Shown piece by piece: positions 1 through 12,452 of a DNA stretch of 64,000 nucleotides. How positions within the stretch are numbered: position 1 is the stretch's first letter; every line of letters begins with the position of its first letter. Position numbers and translations under genes: made by a program. Location of the stretch: assembly GCA_009602725.1 (NCBI GenBank), contig WELB01000016.1, positions 869,790-933,789 on the forward strand, written 5' to 3'. A model generated the notes under the pieces. That model saw only the letters and a list, made by a program, of their open reading frames with translations. It did no database searches and was not told the origin of the DNA. Origin of the DNA: Spirogloea muscicola (Eukaryota).

Positions 1-1389
1 AAGAATGCCAAACAAGGTGCTTCAACGTCCTAGACTTGGGCCCATAATTTTCCTTCAAGTGCTTGCTCTAATTCTACAATACTGTATCTTTCTATTCATC
101 ACCATCTTGCAAATTTGCGGCTGTCACCAATACAGTAATGCCCGAATGCAGCAAGAGCGTCCGCTACCTCTCAGGTGATGTTTAGCTAATGTCCTCAAAT
201 ACACCATGATATGCAGGGGTAATAGCAGCCATCTTGCCCTCAATACTATTCAATAGACTATCAATGCAAGAGAATGTGCAACATATGGGGCTTAGCCCTG
301 GAGCCTATAAGTGCGTCTGCCGCTGAGCCGGGTTTCTGGCATCGTCGGGCAGCCCCCATCCTACCGCCCGAACTGCTCGAAAAGCCCGAACAGATAGCCG
401 AAAAAGCCCTGAAGGCCCGATCAATGGGTGTGACCCACGATGGCCTCTGCTGGAGGCGGCGCGCCTGCACGTCATACCGTCAGCAGGCGCGTCACACCGC
501 GCGACACCTTGCGCGGCGCCCTCGCGCGTCGCACGCGCGTCGCACTCGCGCGTCGCACGCGCGTCGCACTCATCAGTCGCGTGTGCGTCAGTGATCAGCG
601 CTTAACTCGAAGCTAAGCGTCCCATAACGGCGGGGACGTTACACTCAGGCAGCTCGCCCACCAAGTTTCTGTGTCATTGCTGGCCCACGTCCCGCGCTGC
701 TGCTGCTCACAACACGCAGCAGCTGCCTTCAGTGCAAGTGCGACACAGCATTGGCATGCAGTTGCAGAGGATTGATTTCGCCAAGCCGCAAGTTGGCCTA
801 ATCTGTTTGCTGACCCATAGCATACAGCCTGAATACCTGGATTGCAAAACCCCCAGATTGGCTGTCTTCCTCTTCAGGCCCTTTCTGGCCTTGTTGTTGA
901 ATACTTGACAAGTAGCAGGCTTGATCAGAAGCGTGTATGACAAAGCCCTGCCTAACTGCTGCTATTGTCGGGAATCTATCGACCACTTCTTCAATTACGT
1001 GCAATGGAGATTGTTGCAAGCTGTAGAGGCATCAAGCAATGACTACAGTTCTTAGGTCGACAGTTAACGGCCGTTGACAATATCATCTCAAGTGTTGTGC
1101 CTACTGGCCGGCATCTGTAGCATCAAGTGGCCAGAGTGGCTGTGATCATATTAACTGACCACATCTTGCTTCACCTTTGGAAGTCGTGATGTACACCTTA
1201 GGACACTTGGGATAGACTAGGCACATATATCTATCTTCAGAACGGCAAGCTTTGCTAAGCTCACGACTCCTTGAGCGCCAATGCAGTGCCACAGTGAGGA
1301 CAATTGGCAACACAGCAAGCTTGAGGCATTAGGTTCGCGCATAAGGAATGGTGATGGCACTTATTACGCAGCAGTGCTCCTACGGGCGT

Positions 1390-2465
1390 GGAGCCAGCAC
1401 CTCTTGTTCTGGTGAACTGGTGATCCAACAATCTTTTGTTGGTTCCACGGGTTCACTGGTTGAAAGGATTAGGGGTTGTAAGGGTTCTACAACATACGTT
1501 GCTCAAGAAGTAGGAGGTGGGCATCCACTTGGACTTTAGCCAAGTGCTTGCGCCAGCAAGGCCCGCACTGGTGGGTGTAATCGTCAAAGCATCTCATTGC
1601 AAAAGCCCTTAAAATCAAGCTATTGGTTGCAATAACGCTTTGCCGTGCACGTGCAGAAGCAGGCAAGCAAACTTGGAAACCTGCGCTACAGGGGCTACAA
1701 ACAAGTCACGCCAAACTGAGTTGCAAGTACAGTGTCCCTTGCTGCATGGGCCGCAGCACTCCCAGGCGGCTGCACTGGGAACCTCATGGCATGCTCGTTG
1801 CAAAAAACTCGACAACCTCAAGCAGCCCATGTATTCAAGAACCTAACTATAGATGCAAACAGCAAGTGCAAGCAGAGGGAGCACGGAATCAAGATGACCT
1901 GCATCTCTCTTGTTATCAAATGACTTTGAAAGCATTGCAAGACTGTAAAGCATCGCTGTAGTTAGCTGATTTTGAATGCATATACAGGTACTCACAAATA
2001 TCAGCAATACCAACAACCTCCAAATTATGGCGCTTTTGACATCATGCATGAGACATGATGCAACAAGGATTGTCTTGAGAAAAGATCAGCTGATACAGCA
2101 AGATATGCCACTTAGCAGATCACCACACTGATGTGGGCAGCATGCTTGAGGTCCAGAGGTGTTTTGATTGTTATAGCGGGCTAGGAGATGGAGCGACTAG
2201 ATAGCCAGAGCAATCGCTGTAAGGTCTTTGATCTGCTGGCATGTTATCCACTGTCACATTGATACATTGGAGCTGATGTCAACGATTTCCGCTGTTGCTC
2301 CTGCAGGGAAGCTAGTGAGGAAATTGCCACTCAAGTCCAGGACGGATAATGAGGTCAAGTTGCCAATGACAGCCGGGACAGGCCCGCTCAGCTTGTTGTC
2401 ATTGAGATAAAGATTATATAAGCTGACGCAGCCCACAAAAGACTCTGGGAGGGCCCCACTCAGGA
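1390..2465. repeat. Segmental duplication, paired with 62935-64000 (3' end and downstream flank of copies A and E)
   Basis: Near-identical coding and non-coding sequence, e.g. CAGCACCTCTTGTTC...GGGCCCCACTCAG at both loci. Confidence 0.92.
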
Positions 2466-5400
2466 GATTGCCACTGAGGTCCAGGTAGGATAGCATGTCC
2501 AGATTGCCTGTATCTGTTGGTAGAGGTCCGCTGAGCTTGTTGTTGTTAAGCCGAAGGTCGTCGAGGAGGAGCAATCTGGATGTGACAAATGCTGGGATGG
2601 ACCCGTTGAGGAAGTTGCCACTCAAGTCCAGGACGGATAATGAGGTCAAGTTGCCAATGACAGCCGGGACAGGCCCGCTTAGCTGGTTGTCATTGAGATA
2701 AAGACTTTCTAAGCTGACACAGCCCACAAAAGACTCCGGGAGGGCCCCACTCAGCAGATTGCCACTGAGGTCCAGGTAGGATAGCATGTCCAGATTACCT
2801 ACGTCTGCTGGTAGAGGTCCGCTGAGCTGGTTGTTGACGAGTTCGAGGCTTGTGAGGAGGAGCAATCTGGATGTGACAAATGCTGGGATGGACCCAAAGA
2901 GGCCGGCACTCTGAATCTGAAGCTCTTGTAGGGTTGTCAGATTTGTCAATGTCATTGGGAATGGGCGACCGCCGGCATTGGATAGGAAGTTCAGAAAAAG
3001 ACCCGTGACGTGCCCAAAGTAGTCACAATTAAGCTGGGCAAGGTAGCAGTCGTAGGGGCAGCCAGCGCAAGGGTCAATGGCGTTGCTTGAATCCCAATTT
3101 CAACTCAACTGGATTACCAAGCTCAACCTTGAGAGCGAGGAGGCTGGCTATGGGTGTTGGCGGGTGCGGTGCGAGCTCATAGAATGCAAGGCAATCTTGC
3201 CAATCGCGTTGTCCGGGAATGGACACGCCCTTGCTCACCCCGAAGCAATTGTTTGTGTCAGGGCCGAATTGAGTGGTGGCTGCACCCATAAAGTAATTAC
3301 TGTTGGTAATCAGCTGTCGTAGCCCCGGCTGGAGGCCCACAATGTCGCCAGAGAAAAAGTTATTACTGACGTTGAGCACCGTCAGCGATTGGAGACCGAG
3401 GACTACGTGGATGTTGCCAGATAATCCATTCACTGACAAGTCGAGGTTGTCAAGGAGCGGCAGCGTGCCCAGTGTCGTAGGAATGGGCCCCTGCAGCCTG
3501 TTTTGGTCCAGGGACATGGTTGTCAGCACCTTTGAATTCCCCAGAGATGCTGGGATCTCGCCTGTGAGATAGTTATACCCCAGGTCCCTAGCCACAGGCA
3601 AAGCTTGGCGAGCATCAGCAACTCTGAAGCGGCATTTATACACAGACTACTGGCTTGACATGGCCAACATTGGAACCAAACAAGTATGCCATGGCACTTC
3701 GACCAATGTCATCCCTTCATGACTTGGCTATGGCTATTATGAGAGGAAGTACTGGCCCAAGCCATACCTCGTTGGCTTTTGACTGAATGCCTTAGATGAA
3801 TCTGTGCGGAATTAACATGCAACAAAGCTGCCCAGGGATCCCCCTGCCTGGGATCCTCCTCATGTACCTGAACACTTAGACCTAAGCCCAAGCCCCTGAA
3901 TGCTGAGGTGAGAGGGAGGCGCAAAGCATGTGCAATCACTCATTCACATGCGTGTCATTGCATATGTTGGAGCCTCACAAGTATTGCAGATTGGTGAGAT
4001 TGCCAAGCTATGGTGGGATAGGGCCAAGTAAGCCTAGGGTTGGCAGCGATAGCTGCTGAAGGCTGGTGAAGCTGCCAAGGCTGGCCGGAATGCAGCCGAC
4101 GTCGTTGTTATAATAACTGGCTTCAAGATTGACCCCAATCACAGAGGCTTGGTCGTCGCAAGTTACTCCAGACCATGCACATGATGCTTCTGTGCCAGGG
4201 ACGCAGCCATCGCAGGGGTTGGACGTATTCCAGGTGGCGACTTGGACTGACGTACCGATGAGCACCGCCTTGAGCTCCAAGAGGATTGCCAGTTGGTCGA
4301 GCAAAGGGCCGGGTGTACTCGGCGGTGGGGGAGGCGCTGGCGGCGGTAAGACTGGTGGGGATGGCGGCGGCGGTGGTGGTGGCGGCGGCTGTGGTGGCGG
4401 CGGCGGCGGCAACGGAGGGGACGGTGGCGGTGGTGACGGCAGAGGGGGTGGCACCATGAATGGTGGTGGCAACGGTGGCTGCGGGGAAGGCTGTTGTGGT
4501 GGCGGTGATGGTGGGGGAGGCGTTGGAGGAGACAGCGCCATTGGGGGCGACGGCGGTGGTGGTGACGGCGGAGGGGGTGGCACCAGGAATGGTGGTGGCA
4601 ACGGTGGCTGCGGGGGAGGCTGTTGTGGTGGCGGTGATGGTTGGGGAGGCGTTGGCGGAGGAAGCACCACTGGGGGCGACGGCGGCAGTGGTGACGGCAG
4701 AGGGGGTGGCACCATGAATGGTGGTGGCAATGGTGGCTGCGGGGGAGGCTGTTGTGGTGGCAGTGATGGTGGGGGAGGCGTTGGAGGAGGAAGCACCACT
4801 GAGGGCGACGGCTGCGGAGGCGACGATTGGGCTAGCGGGGATGGTGGCGAGATTGACAATGGTGGCGGTGGCGGCAGGGGAGGAGATGGGGGAGGACGTG
4901 GTGACCGAGGGGCCAAAAGCGACGTTGGAACTGGGGTCGGTGTTGGGGATAACTGGGGCAGCGGAGGGGGCGGAGAAAGGGACTCCGGAGGCGGCACTTT
5001 TGGTGCCGGTGGAGACGGTGGGAAGGGTACCACAGGGGGCAACGGCTGGTTCAGTGGTGGCGGGGATAGTGGGAAGAATGGCAGCGGACGTGGCGTCGGC
5101 GGGAGCTCAGGTGGCGGCGGTGGCGGTGCCAATGGCGGCGGCAACGGCGGGCTGAGCTCCGGCGACGGCGACGGCGGCGGCGACAGTTGAGATGGGCTGT
5201 TGGAGGCGAAGGTGGAGAGGCCGGTGATGCTCCAGTAAGAGGCGGCAGTGGTGGAGGTAGGGCTGGTAGCGATGGCAGTGGCGGCGGACTGGACGGGGGC
5301 GGCAACAGTGGGGATGATGTTGTTGGCGAGGGTGATATTGATGGCACTTGTGGAGAGAGCAACGGAGGTGGAGGTGGGGATAGCAGCGGAACTGGGGTTG

Positions 5401-8260
5401 GCGGTTGCAGAACTGCACCCACTGTGGCAGCAAAATACAGCATTTGCGATGTCAATAGGTGGCCCCTAGTGATTAGCCACACTACAGAAGATTTGGCACA
5501 GATTGTTCTGACAATGTCTGACAGCGCTGACAGCCCGAAACCCCCGTCACTGTTTGAAGTAACACTTGAGCAGCTCTTGACCACCAACCTGTGAAATCAG
5601 CTTACTGTGAAAGCAAGAGAGAGGCCTAGACTGGATGCCAATTACCAGGAGGTGGTGGGCCAAATGCCTGGCAGTGACCGCTGCTGCAGTCCTCGCCAAT
5701 GACAATGTCAATTATTGTATTGGGTGGCGGCTTGCCCACAAAGAAATTGTCTTCGTAGTTGAATAGCTGCAAGAGCAGAGCAATTGTCTTAAGCTCAGCA
5801 CGCGACACGGGGAAGAAGCACCAAGGCAAGAAGCAGCAGCCGCACTGGGCATGCTCTTTGGCATACCAGCCGAGGAACATACAGTGATGACTAGCCCCAA
5901 GCAGCTCGCCCCATGTTGCTAGGTCCAAGGAGAGTTAGTGTTGGTGAACCTGCAACTTTGGCTTTCCTGGCAAAAGGGCAAAAAAGTGGGAGATGTACCT
6001 GCAGATTGGGTAAGGAGAACACCCCCGGTGATGTTGCCTGCAAAGCGGTTGCCCGAAATGTCCAGCTGGAGGCCACGCTGCGAGTCCCCGTCAGAGCTCT
6101 TCAGGGCAGAATAATAGCAATGAGGAACACAACAAGTTGGGCAGTCACCTGGACGAGGCTTGTGAGATTGCCAATGTTGAGGGGGAGGCCGCCGTTGAGA
6201 CGGTTGTCAGCGAAGTTGAGTACAAGCGTGGAGCGGAGCTGGGTGATGGCAGTGGGGAGGCCACCAATGAGGCCGTTGTCGAGCAGTACGAGCTCTGACA
6301 ACGTCGGCGCGAGCTGCCCAATGCTGGCGGGAATCAGCCCGCCGAGCGCGTTGTGGGCGAGAACGGCGAGCGAGACCGGGAGGGAGCCCAGATTGTTCGG
6401 AATTGGCTCCTTGAGGGCATTGTTGTTCACTGCGAGCACGTCCAACCGCGTGCTGAATAGCGATGGTGGAAGCACGCCTGTGCAGCTGTTGTGGCGCAGG
6501 TCCAGGAAACGCAGGGCAGGCAGTGCTGTGACCCACAGCGGCAGCGGGCCCGACAGCAGGTTGAGCGAGAAGTCAATCTCGGCGAGCAGACTCAGTACGC
6601 TTAGATCTGGCAGTGCGCCGACGAAGAAGTTCTGGCTTGCATGAATGAAGCCCAGGTCCTGCGCACAATGGTCAACCAGAGGAGCCATAAGACCCACATG
6701 GACATGTTCAGAGATTGATACAGCAGTCAATGTCCTTTTCTTGCATCCCCTCACCCCTCTCCCCTCCAGCCATCTTCTCTTTTTGTCCCTTCTGCCCTTT
6801 CTGCGCTGCCCTCATCCTCCGGTCGTTCTGATGGAGATTGAGGTCTTGCAAGCCGCCAGGTCACACCAACAAGCTCGACCTTGCCAGGCTGTGAAGTCTC
6901 TGCAAGGCACTGTTCATTCACGCAGCAGCAGAGTTGCGGTTTCGCATGCTGAGAGGAGAGCTCCCGGTGCTCACTGGGAGGTTGCGCAGGTACTGTGGAA
7001 CGTAGCCATGAAGGCCAAAGCCGTTGAGGTCCAGGCCAGTGACGACCATCTGAGGCTGCGCCGCCACAGCCCTGACTGCCAGCGTGGCCCCAAATGCTGA
7101 GGCCTCTTCTGGGAGGCTGGCGGCGGCCACAGCCTGGTCCTCACAGTAGACGCCATTCCAACTTGAGGAGGTGGTGGCAATGACTGCCGCTTGGGTGAAG
7201 GAGGCCTGCTCGATGGTGGAGGCGACTGCGGCTTCTTCGGTGGCGCCCTCCCTGTAGGGGGTGGCATCTGCGGCGGCTGCAGCGGCACCACGGTACTGAG
7301 CCGTATCAGTGTCGGCAATCTTCTGATATTTTTCACTGCAGCAGGCCCTATTAGGTGCAGGCCCAACTTCTGCAGACAAAGCCCAAGCTCTCAAAATGCT
7401 CACAGGGCTGCAGCAAGCAGAGCGGGCACCCCTCACCAAGCAGCGGATGTGGTGGTGGCCAGGGTGGTGATTGCAGCTGTGCCGCGGTCTGCCATCGTGC
7501 TTCGTGCTGCCCGGCTTTTTCTTCGACTTATTCTTAGATTTCTTTGTCTTCTGTTTTGTCTTTGACGTCTTCGCCTCCACTCTCAAGTGTCGCCGCTCAC
7601 CGCCATTACCGGCGCCGTGGGCTTGGTCGACGCCAAGCAGCACCTTAAAGAGGCCCTGAGAGGTGGCACTGACGGCGAATGACAGCGTGGCGCTGCAAGC
7701 CGACTGCGAGCAGATGGATGGCGCTGTCGAGGCGCACGCCACTGGGACCAGGCCGGCGTGGGCCTTACCGGCCTCTGGCACCACATGAGCACAGCGGCCC
7801 ATTGCCCTTGCTGCTGCTGCGGCTGCCTGCTGCAGCTCGTCCTGCTGCCACCATCTCAGTGGCCGCACTGCATGCCAACCACCACAGTCTTCAGCAGTGG
7901 GATCGTTCCTTTGCGGCGCAAGCCACAGCCCCAGGAGCGTTGCCAGCCGGCCACCACGTCGCTGTGCATGCAGACGAGGTAGGGCGTCAATGGTGGCACC
8001 AATGGTGCCGACGACGGCGGGGCAAGAGGTCTAGCGACAGCAGGTCGCGGCGGGAATAGGGAGACCTGGCACTCCGCCTCGGCCTGCTCGAAGGAGGCCT
8101 GGCCCAGTGCCGCCAGCAGACACGCCCCAGAGCGCTGCCCCGGCGCGAAACCCGGCAGGCAGGCGCCGTCGCCAGGCGAAGTTGCCGTCCGGGCGCCATC
8201 CGCCATTGCGGCCGACAGAGTCAAGAGCACCGCCGTTGCCGCCGCCGCCGTGACAGCCAT
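2171..8260 (-). pseudogene. Copy A: lectin-LRR-extensin multi-LRR gene, pseudogenised
   Basis: Colinear with copy D: signal peptide at ATG 8260, LRX-type LRR exon ~6150-6660, Pro block 4320-5420, distal LRR modules 2171-4300. Lesions versus D/E: ~355-nt deletion at ~7930 removing most of the lectin domain, 316-nt deletion at ~7168, 5-nt deletion ~6027, 1-nt deletions ~5185 and ~2265, GAG>TAG stop at 4008-4010. Confidence 0.85.
2320..2900 (-). repeat. 291-bp (4-LRR, 97-aa) tandem duplication inside the last LRR module of copy A
   Basis: CTCAAGTCCAGGACGGATAAT starts at 2330 and again at 2621. Peptide GSIPAFVTSRLLLL...LDLSGNFL occurs twice in ORF 2254..2955. Confidence 0.9.
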
Positions 8261-8465
8261 GGCCGCGCGCGCCGAAGAGGCGGCTCTTCAGTGGTCTCAG
8301 CTACAGTCTTCGCGATGCGGGAGAAGGGCACGAGCTGGCCAGTCTGTGCCGTCGGATCTGCCCCACCGACGAGTGAGTCGATCTCCGAGGGCGGCCAGGA
8401 GCCGCAGCAACCGTCGGATTTTTAATCGCACGATGGGCAGAGCTCCTCAGCAGGTCAACAGAAAG

Positions 8466-9915
8466 TCAGGGGCTTAACTCGTAAGGAAGAAAGTGCTCGC
8501 CCATTGAGAAGAGGGGCTGGCAAAGCCCCTCGTCGCAGGGAGCCCCGGAATTCTTTTCGGGCTGGCTTTTCACAGCACTTGCCCCCACGGGCGAGCCACT
8601 TCTTCTCCTCGCAGGGCAGCCCGCCCGCCTTCCAGCCTCGTGCATTTGACGCCGCGTGGAATCTGGTTCAACACTAATCCCGGAGGTCACAAGCCCGGGC
8701 CTCTGCGGTACTCGATGTCTTTTGGGTTACTGAGTGCTTCGTAGCTGCTTAGTTTCTCCATTTGCTGTTTTTTTAGTGCTTTCCCTGCCCCCTTCTCGTA
8801 CTTTGTTCATGCTTTTGCTTGGGCTGGCCTTTCCCAGCCCCTATCCTCAATGGGCGAGCCCTTCTTCTTCTCCTGCTCCGGCTCAACAGAGGTTACTGAG
8901 TGTTCCATTACTAAATGATTCCCTGTGTGCTTTAGCACTTTCCCTGCCCCTTCGAACTTTGTTAATTCTTTTTCCTGGGCTGGCCTCTCACAGCCACCGC
9001 ACTCTCATGGAAGCGTCCTTCTTTCCTGCTCTTGTTTGAATACTGTACTGGCTTAAATCTCTGGCTCACTCTTTCATCACATGCGCACAATGCGCCTTCC
9101 AGTAAAGAATGAGGATCGACAGAGGTTGGATCCGAAGCACTCATTGGGTCAAAGAGAAGTGGCACTCCCAGTGGGTTTTGAAAAGCCAGCCCGAAAAGAA
9201 TTGACAGAGGTTCGAAGGGCCAAATGACGGAGGAGCCTAAACTGCGCTAAGCAGCTACAAAGGGGCCTGAAGATGCTATGTCAGAACGGGGGAGGATGGA
9301 CCACTCAATAGCTACGAGTGAGGAGCCTCAAATGCGACAAACTAGCTGCCGGAGATTCATTCCCCCTGCTGAAAGCCTGAGGCCGCAGCGAGAGCACGGC
9401 CAGCACGCAGATGCAAGGCGTGGGCCATGGACCGCTGAAGGGAGACTGACAATCGCGTGTGGTATACCTGCGCCCACGATCCAGCGGCGTTGAAGTCAGC
9501 CGGCTCACCGCGCCCGCGGGACACAGCGCGCCGCGCAAGCCTGGCCAGCAGGTCGAGCCACTGGGACCCGAGAGCCCCGTGCAAAGAGAGCAACAAGCCA
9601 ACGGTTGAAAGTGCCAAGAGTTCAAAATGCAAGGGTCAGGGGTCCCAATCAGCCGGCTTCTCCCTACTGAGTGGTCCATCCTCCCCCCGTTCTGATATAG
9701 CATCTTCAGGCCCCTTCGTAGCTGCTAAGCGTTTTTGGCCCCTCCGTCATTTGGCCCCTTCGAACCTTTGCCTCTTCAGGCCCCGCAGTCGCTGCTTAGC
9801 TCGTAGTTTGGCCCCTTCGAACCTTGTCAATTCTTTTCGGGCTGGCTTCTCACAGCCCTTGCCCCCATTGGGAGAGCCACTTCTTCTTGCCCCCATTGAG
9901 AGAGCCACTTCTTCT
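8466..9915. mobile_element. Stack of CRE-clade non-LTR retrotransposon 3' ends on both strands
   Basis: RLE C-terminal peptide on minus 9305-9600 (WLDLLARLARR...RLSVSLQRSMAHALHLRAGRALAAA) and at least six copies of the GGGCTGGC...CAGCC 3' motif. Confidence 0.8.
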
Positions 9916-10269
9916 TTTCTGCTTCTCCCCCCTAATTAGTATCCATCGAGGTGTCGAGGAGCCCTGCCTCCCGCCTCATGGCGTCCGGCCACTCGCCAGA
10001 GGCCCTCACAGAATGTGCCCCCGTGGCCGCCGCCTCAGCCGCTGGAGCCGCCGCCGGTCGCGGGGACCGGTTCCTACTCAGGAAGGTTAGGGCATCCAGA
10101 GAAATTCCTTGAGAGGAACCCCCACGGCCTACCACTTATCAATCACCACTAATGATGGAAGTCATTATTCTCAGTTGTGCCTTCGTCGCCGTAGCGCGCT
10201 AAAATTCCCGTTTCTCTTCATCACGCGCCGCAGTTCAGGTTTGCACTTTGTCCAATGTCGCGCGTCGTC

Positions 10270-10975
10270 CTTCGCCCGACTGGTCATGCGGTTGTCGAAG
10301 CCGGTTACACTGTGGCGCTGGAGAACTCCAGCATCATGCCTCTGACTGCTGGGGCGGACGGCCGCCTCCACACCCGGCGCGCCGATCTCGTCGCTAGCGC
10401 GCTCGGCGGGGGGCCTCGGCTCATTGCCGACGTCGTCACAACTCTTCTTCGATTTTCAGGAGCGCTACACGCTCGGCGGAGGAGGCGGGCTACGCCGTCC
10501 GCCAAGCGGCCGGCGTAAGGGATCGCGACGTACTCGGATCACCCGGTAGGCGACGAGTTTGTCCCACTCGCCGTCTACGTACACGGCGCCTTTGGCGCCA
10601 AATGGCTTGACCTACTTCACCGCCTTGCGCGGCGAGCAGCGGCCCGCCGCCACGGGCAGCAGGGCGAGCAGCCTGGCTTCCATGTCGCCGGGTGCCTCGC
10701 CCTAGTCTTCCGGATGCGCCTGGCCGTCTCTTTGCAGCGGTCCCTAGCTGCTGCGGTCCACTTGCGCGCAGGCCGCGCTCTGGCGGCGGCCTCCGGCTTC
10801 CGTCAGGGCGACGTCTTTCCGCCTGCTAGCTATTCAGATTTGTATCTACTGACGAGAGGTTACTGAGGTCGCTTACTGCTGTCTCAGTCCTTAGCACTCC
10901 GACTCCTTCAGACCTTGTCCATTCTTTTGGGCTGGCCTCTCCCAGCCACCTGTTAATCTGGCCGCGCTTGCTTCC
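10270..10975 (+). mobile_element. 5'-truncated CRE-clade element (family B), RLE domain plus 3' UTR
   Basis: Peptides RRADLVASALGGGPRLIADVVTT, DEFVPLAVYVHGAFGAKWLDLL, RMRLAVSLQRS, SYSDLYLLTRGY*, then the terminal motif. Confidence 0.85.
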
Positions 10976-11734
10976 TCCAGCTATCATTCCCATGGTATTG
11001 ATGTTCCAGCCACATTACCTCTTTACACAGCTCCCCCCTAAAAGGCGTTGCGTCCTCGCACGCCCAATTTTCCCTTTGGCCTTAGCGACAGTAAGCGTTT
11101 ACTGAGTCCTTAGCGTTCTCGATTATATTGGCTGGTTCCCAGGAGTCATTGCTATCATCAAACCCTGTCCGCCGAACAAGGAATTTCCATGTGCCATTTG
11201 TCGACGTTTTGCCATGTATAACCTCGTATTCTTCGTTGCCACTAGGCCCAATCATGGGTGGTTCGTAGCTTGCCGTTCGGGAAAAGTCAAAGGGTCGCTT
11301 AGCCGGAATTCACGAAGTTGTTTACATGAATTTTATCATGTACTACCAATCACCAGGCAACTCCATTCATAAGTCGTCGGAGAGACAACTTTGACGACAT
11401 TGAACGGTCCGGTTTAATAAGGTCACAGCTTAGTCGAATAAGCGCCTTATATCGGATATTACTGGTTGCCAACAATACCGAGTCCCCGACGTTATAGGAA
11501 ACATCCCGCCTTTTCCTGTTTGCGTGCCGATTTTGGCTAGCTTGTGCATGGCGGATGTGGTGATTTGCTTTCCCTATATTATCCTTCAATGTCAGCAAGA
11601 ACGCCTGACCAATAGGCTTAAGAGAAGGTTTGCCGGTCAGTTGACAAAGCTCAGAGGGTCCTTCAGATTCTTTTCAAAGTTAGAAGGAAGAATGTAGTGA
11701 ACCAGCCCTTTGATTAAACCACATGGCTCTGTTG

Positions 11735-11965
11735 CAGGCAGAGCCCTCGCTGCTGCCTCTGGCTCTGGCCAGGGGACCCTCTTCCAGGAACCCAGTCTCT
11801 CTGACCTGAGGCTGCTTAGCAGGGGTTACTGAGTGCTTCGTAGCTGCTTCGTTTCTTATCTGTGCTTGTTGTTCTTCGTACTTCCCCTGGCCCCTTCTCG
11901 TCCTTTGTTCATTCTTTTCTGGGCTGGCTTTTTCCAGCCCCTATCCTCAATGGGCGAGCCCTTCT
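11735..11965 (+). mobile_element. CRE-clade 3' end (family A) inserted in the Gypsy-A integrase region
   Basis: AGRALAAASGSGQG...EPSLSDLRLLSRGY* followed by the terminal motif. Confidence 0.8.
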
Positions 11966-11968
11966 CTC

Positions 11969-12452
11969 TGTTGGCATTACATGACCGGCCCATTTGAGGC
12001 AATTGGCCCGCCAGGAGGCGGGCCCCGCCCGTCCTAAATTACCCCTCGCCAGGCTCCACACGTTTAAGGGAGGATCTTTGGCCCGCCTTGCGGCGGGCCA
12101 TGGGGCGGCCCGCTCACACCCTTGGAGGATTCTGGCCTTCGATTGTTTCAACTACACGAAAACTTTCCTGGAGGGGGGGCGGCACGGGGGGAAGCACAGG
12201 AGTTTGAGGGGCAGAGGCTCGACAGGACTTCAAGCTGGGGAAGCCCGAGAACAGCTTTGCCGCTGCTCGCCGCCGCAGCCGCCGCCTGATGCGGGGCTCG
12301 TTGCGGGAAGTCCGTGGCTGCGCCCGTCAAGGGCCAGTTGCTGGCTCGCGCCCAGGAGGTGGAATCGCCGCCGGACAGCGGCGCCACAGGGCTTATCTTC
12401 CGCTGCGCTAATGCGCTAATGCTTTGCCTGTGTGGTGGGTTGGTCCCTAACA
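11969..12452 (-). mobile_element. Probable LTR (~480 bp) nested in Gypsy-A
   Basis: Termini TGTTGG...CCTAACA, with a purine-rich PPT-like stretch adjacent on the minus strand. No clean TSD seen. Confidence 0.45.

Noticed and set aside
650..1390. Short ORFs at the window start and at 52080-52350 and 54760-55330
   Set aside because: No recognisable motifs or coherent exon structure.
1843..2049. Hydrophobic stretch WRLLVLLIFVSTC (also 63365-63559) as a TM exon making the proteins receptors
   Set aside because: It lies after the stop codon in A and E, is absent after D, and no convincing splice path was found. RNA data could revive it.
4129..5190. Long Gly-rich ORFs on the plus strand (also 39251-40114, 57832-58644) and Ala/Val- or Arg/His-rich ORFs
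   Set aside because: Antisense or off-frame shadows of the Pro-codon repeats; splice signals and flanking domains support the Pro frame.
8734..9039. Short hydrophobic ORFs sharing GLAFxSPxPxW (also 30351, 46731, 48536) as a small membrane protein family
   Set aside because: They are translations of the pyrimidine-rich CRE 3' UTR; frame and strand are not conserved and the starts are non-ATG.
9830..9890. CRE terminal motif as a hammerhead or HDV ribozyme
   Set aside because: The reverse strand has CTGTGAG...GAAA but not the CUGANGA core with proper stems, and no HDV double pseudoknot could be drawn. Only a hairpin is supported.
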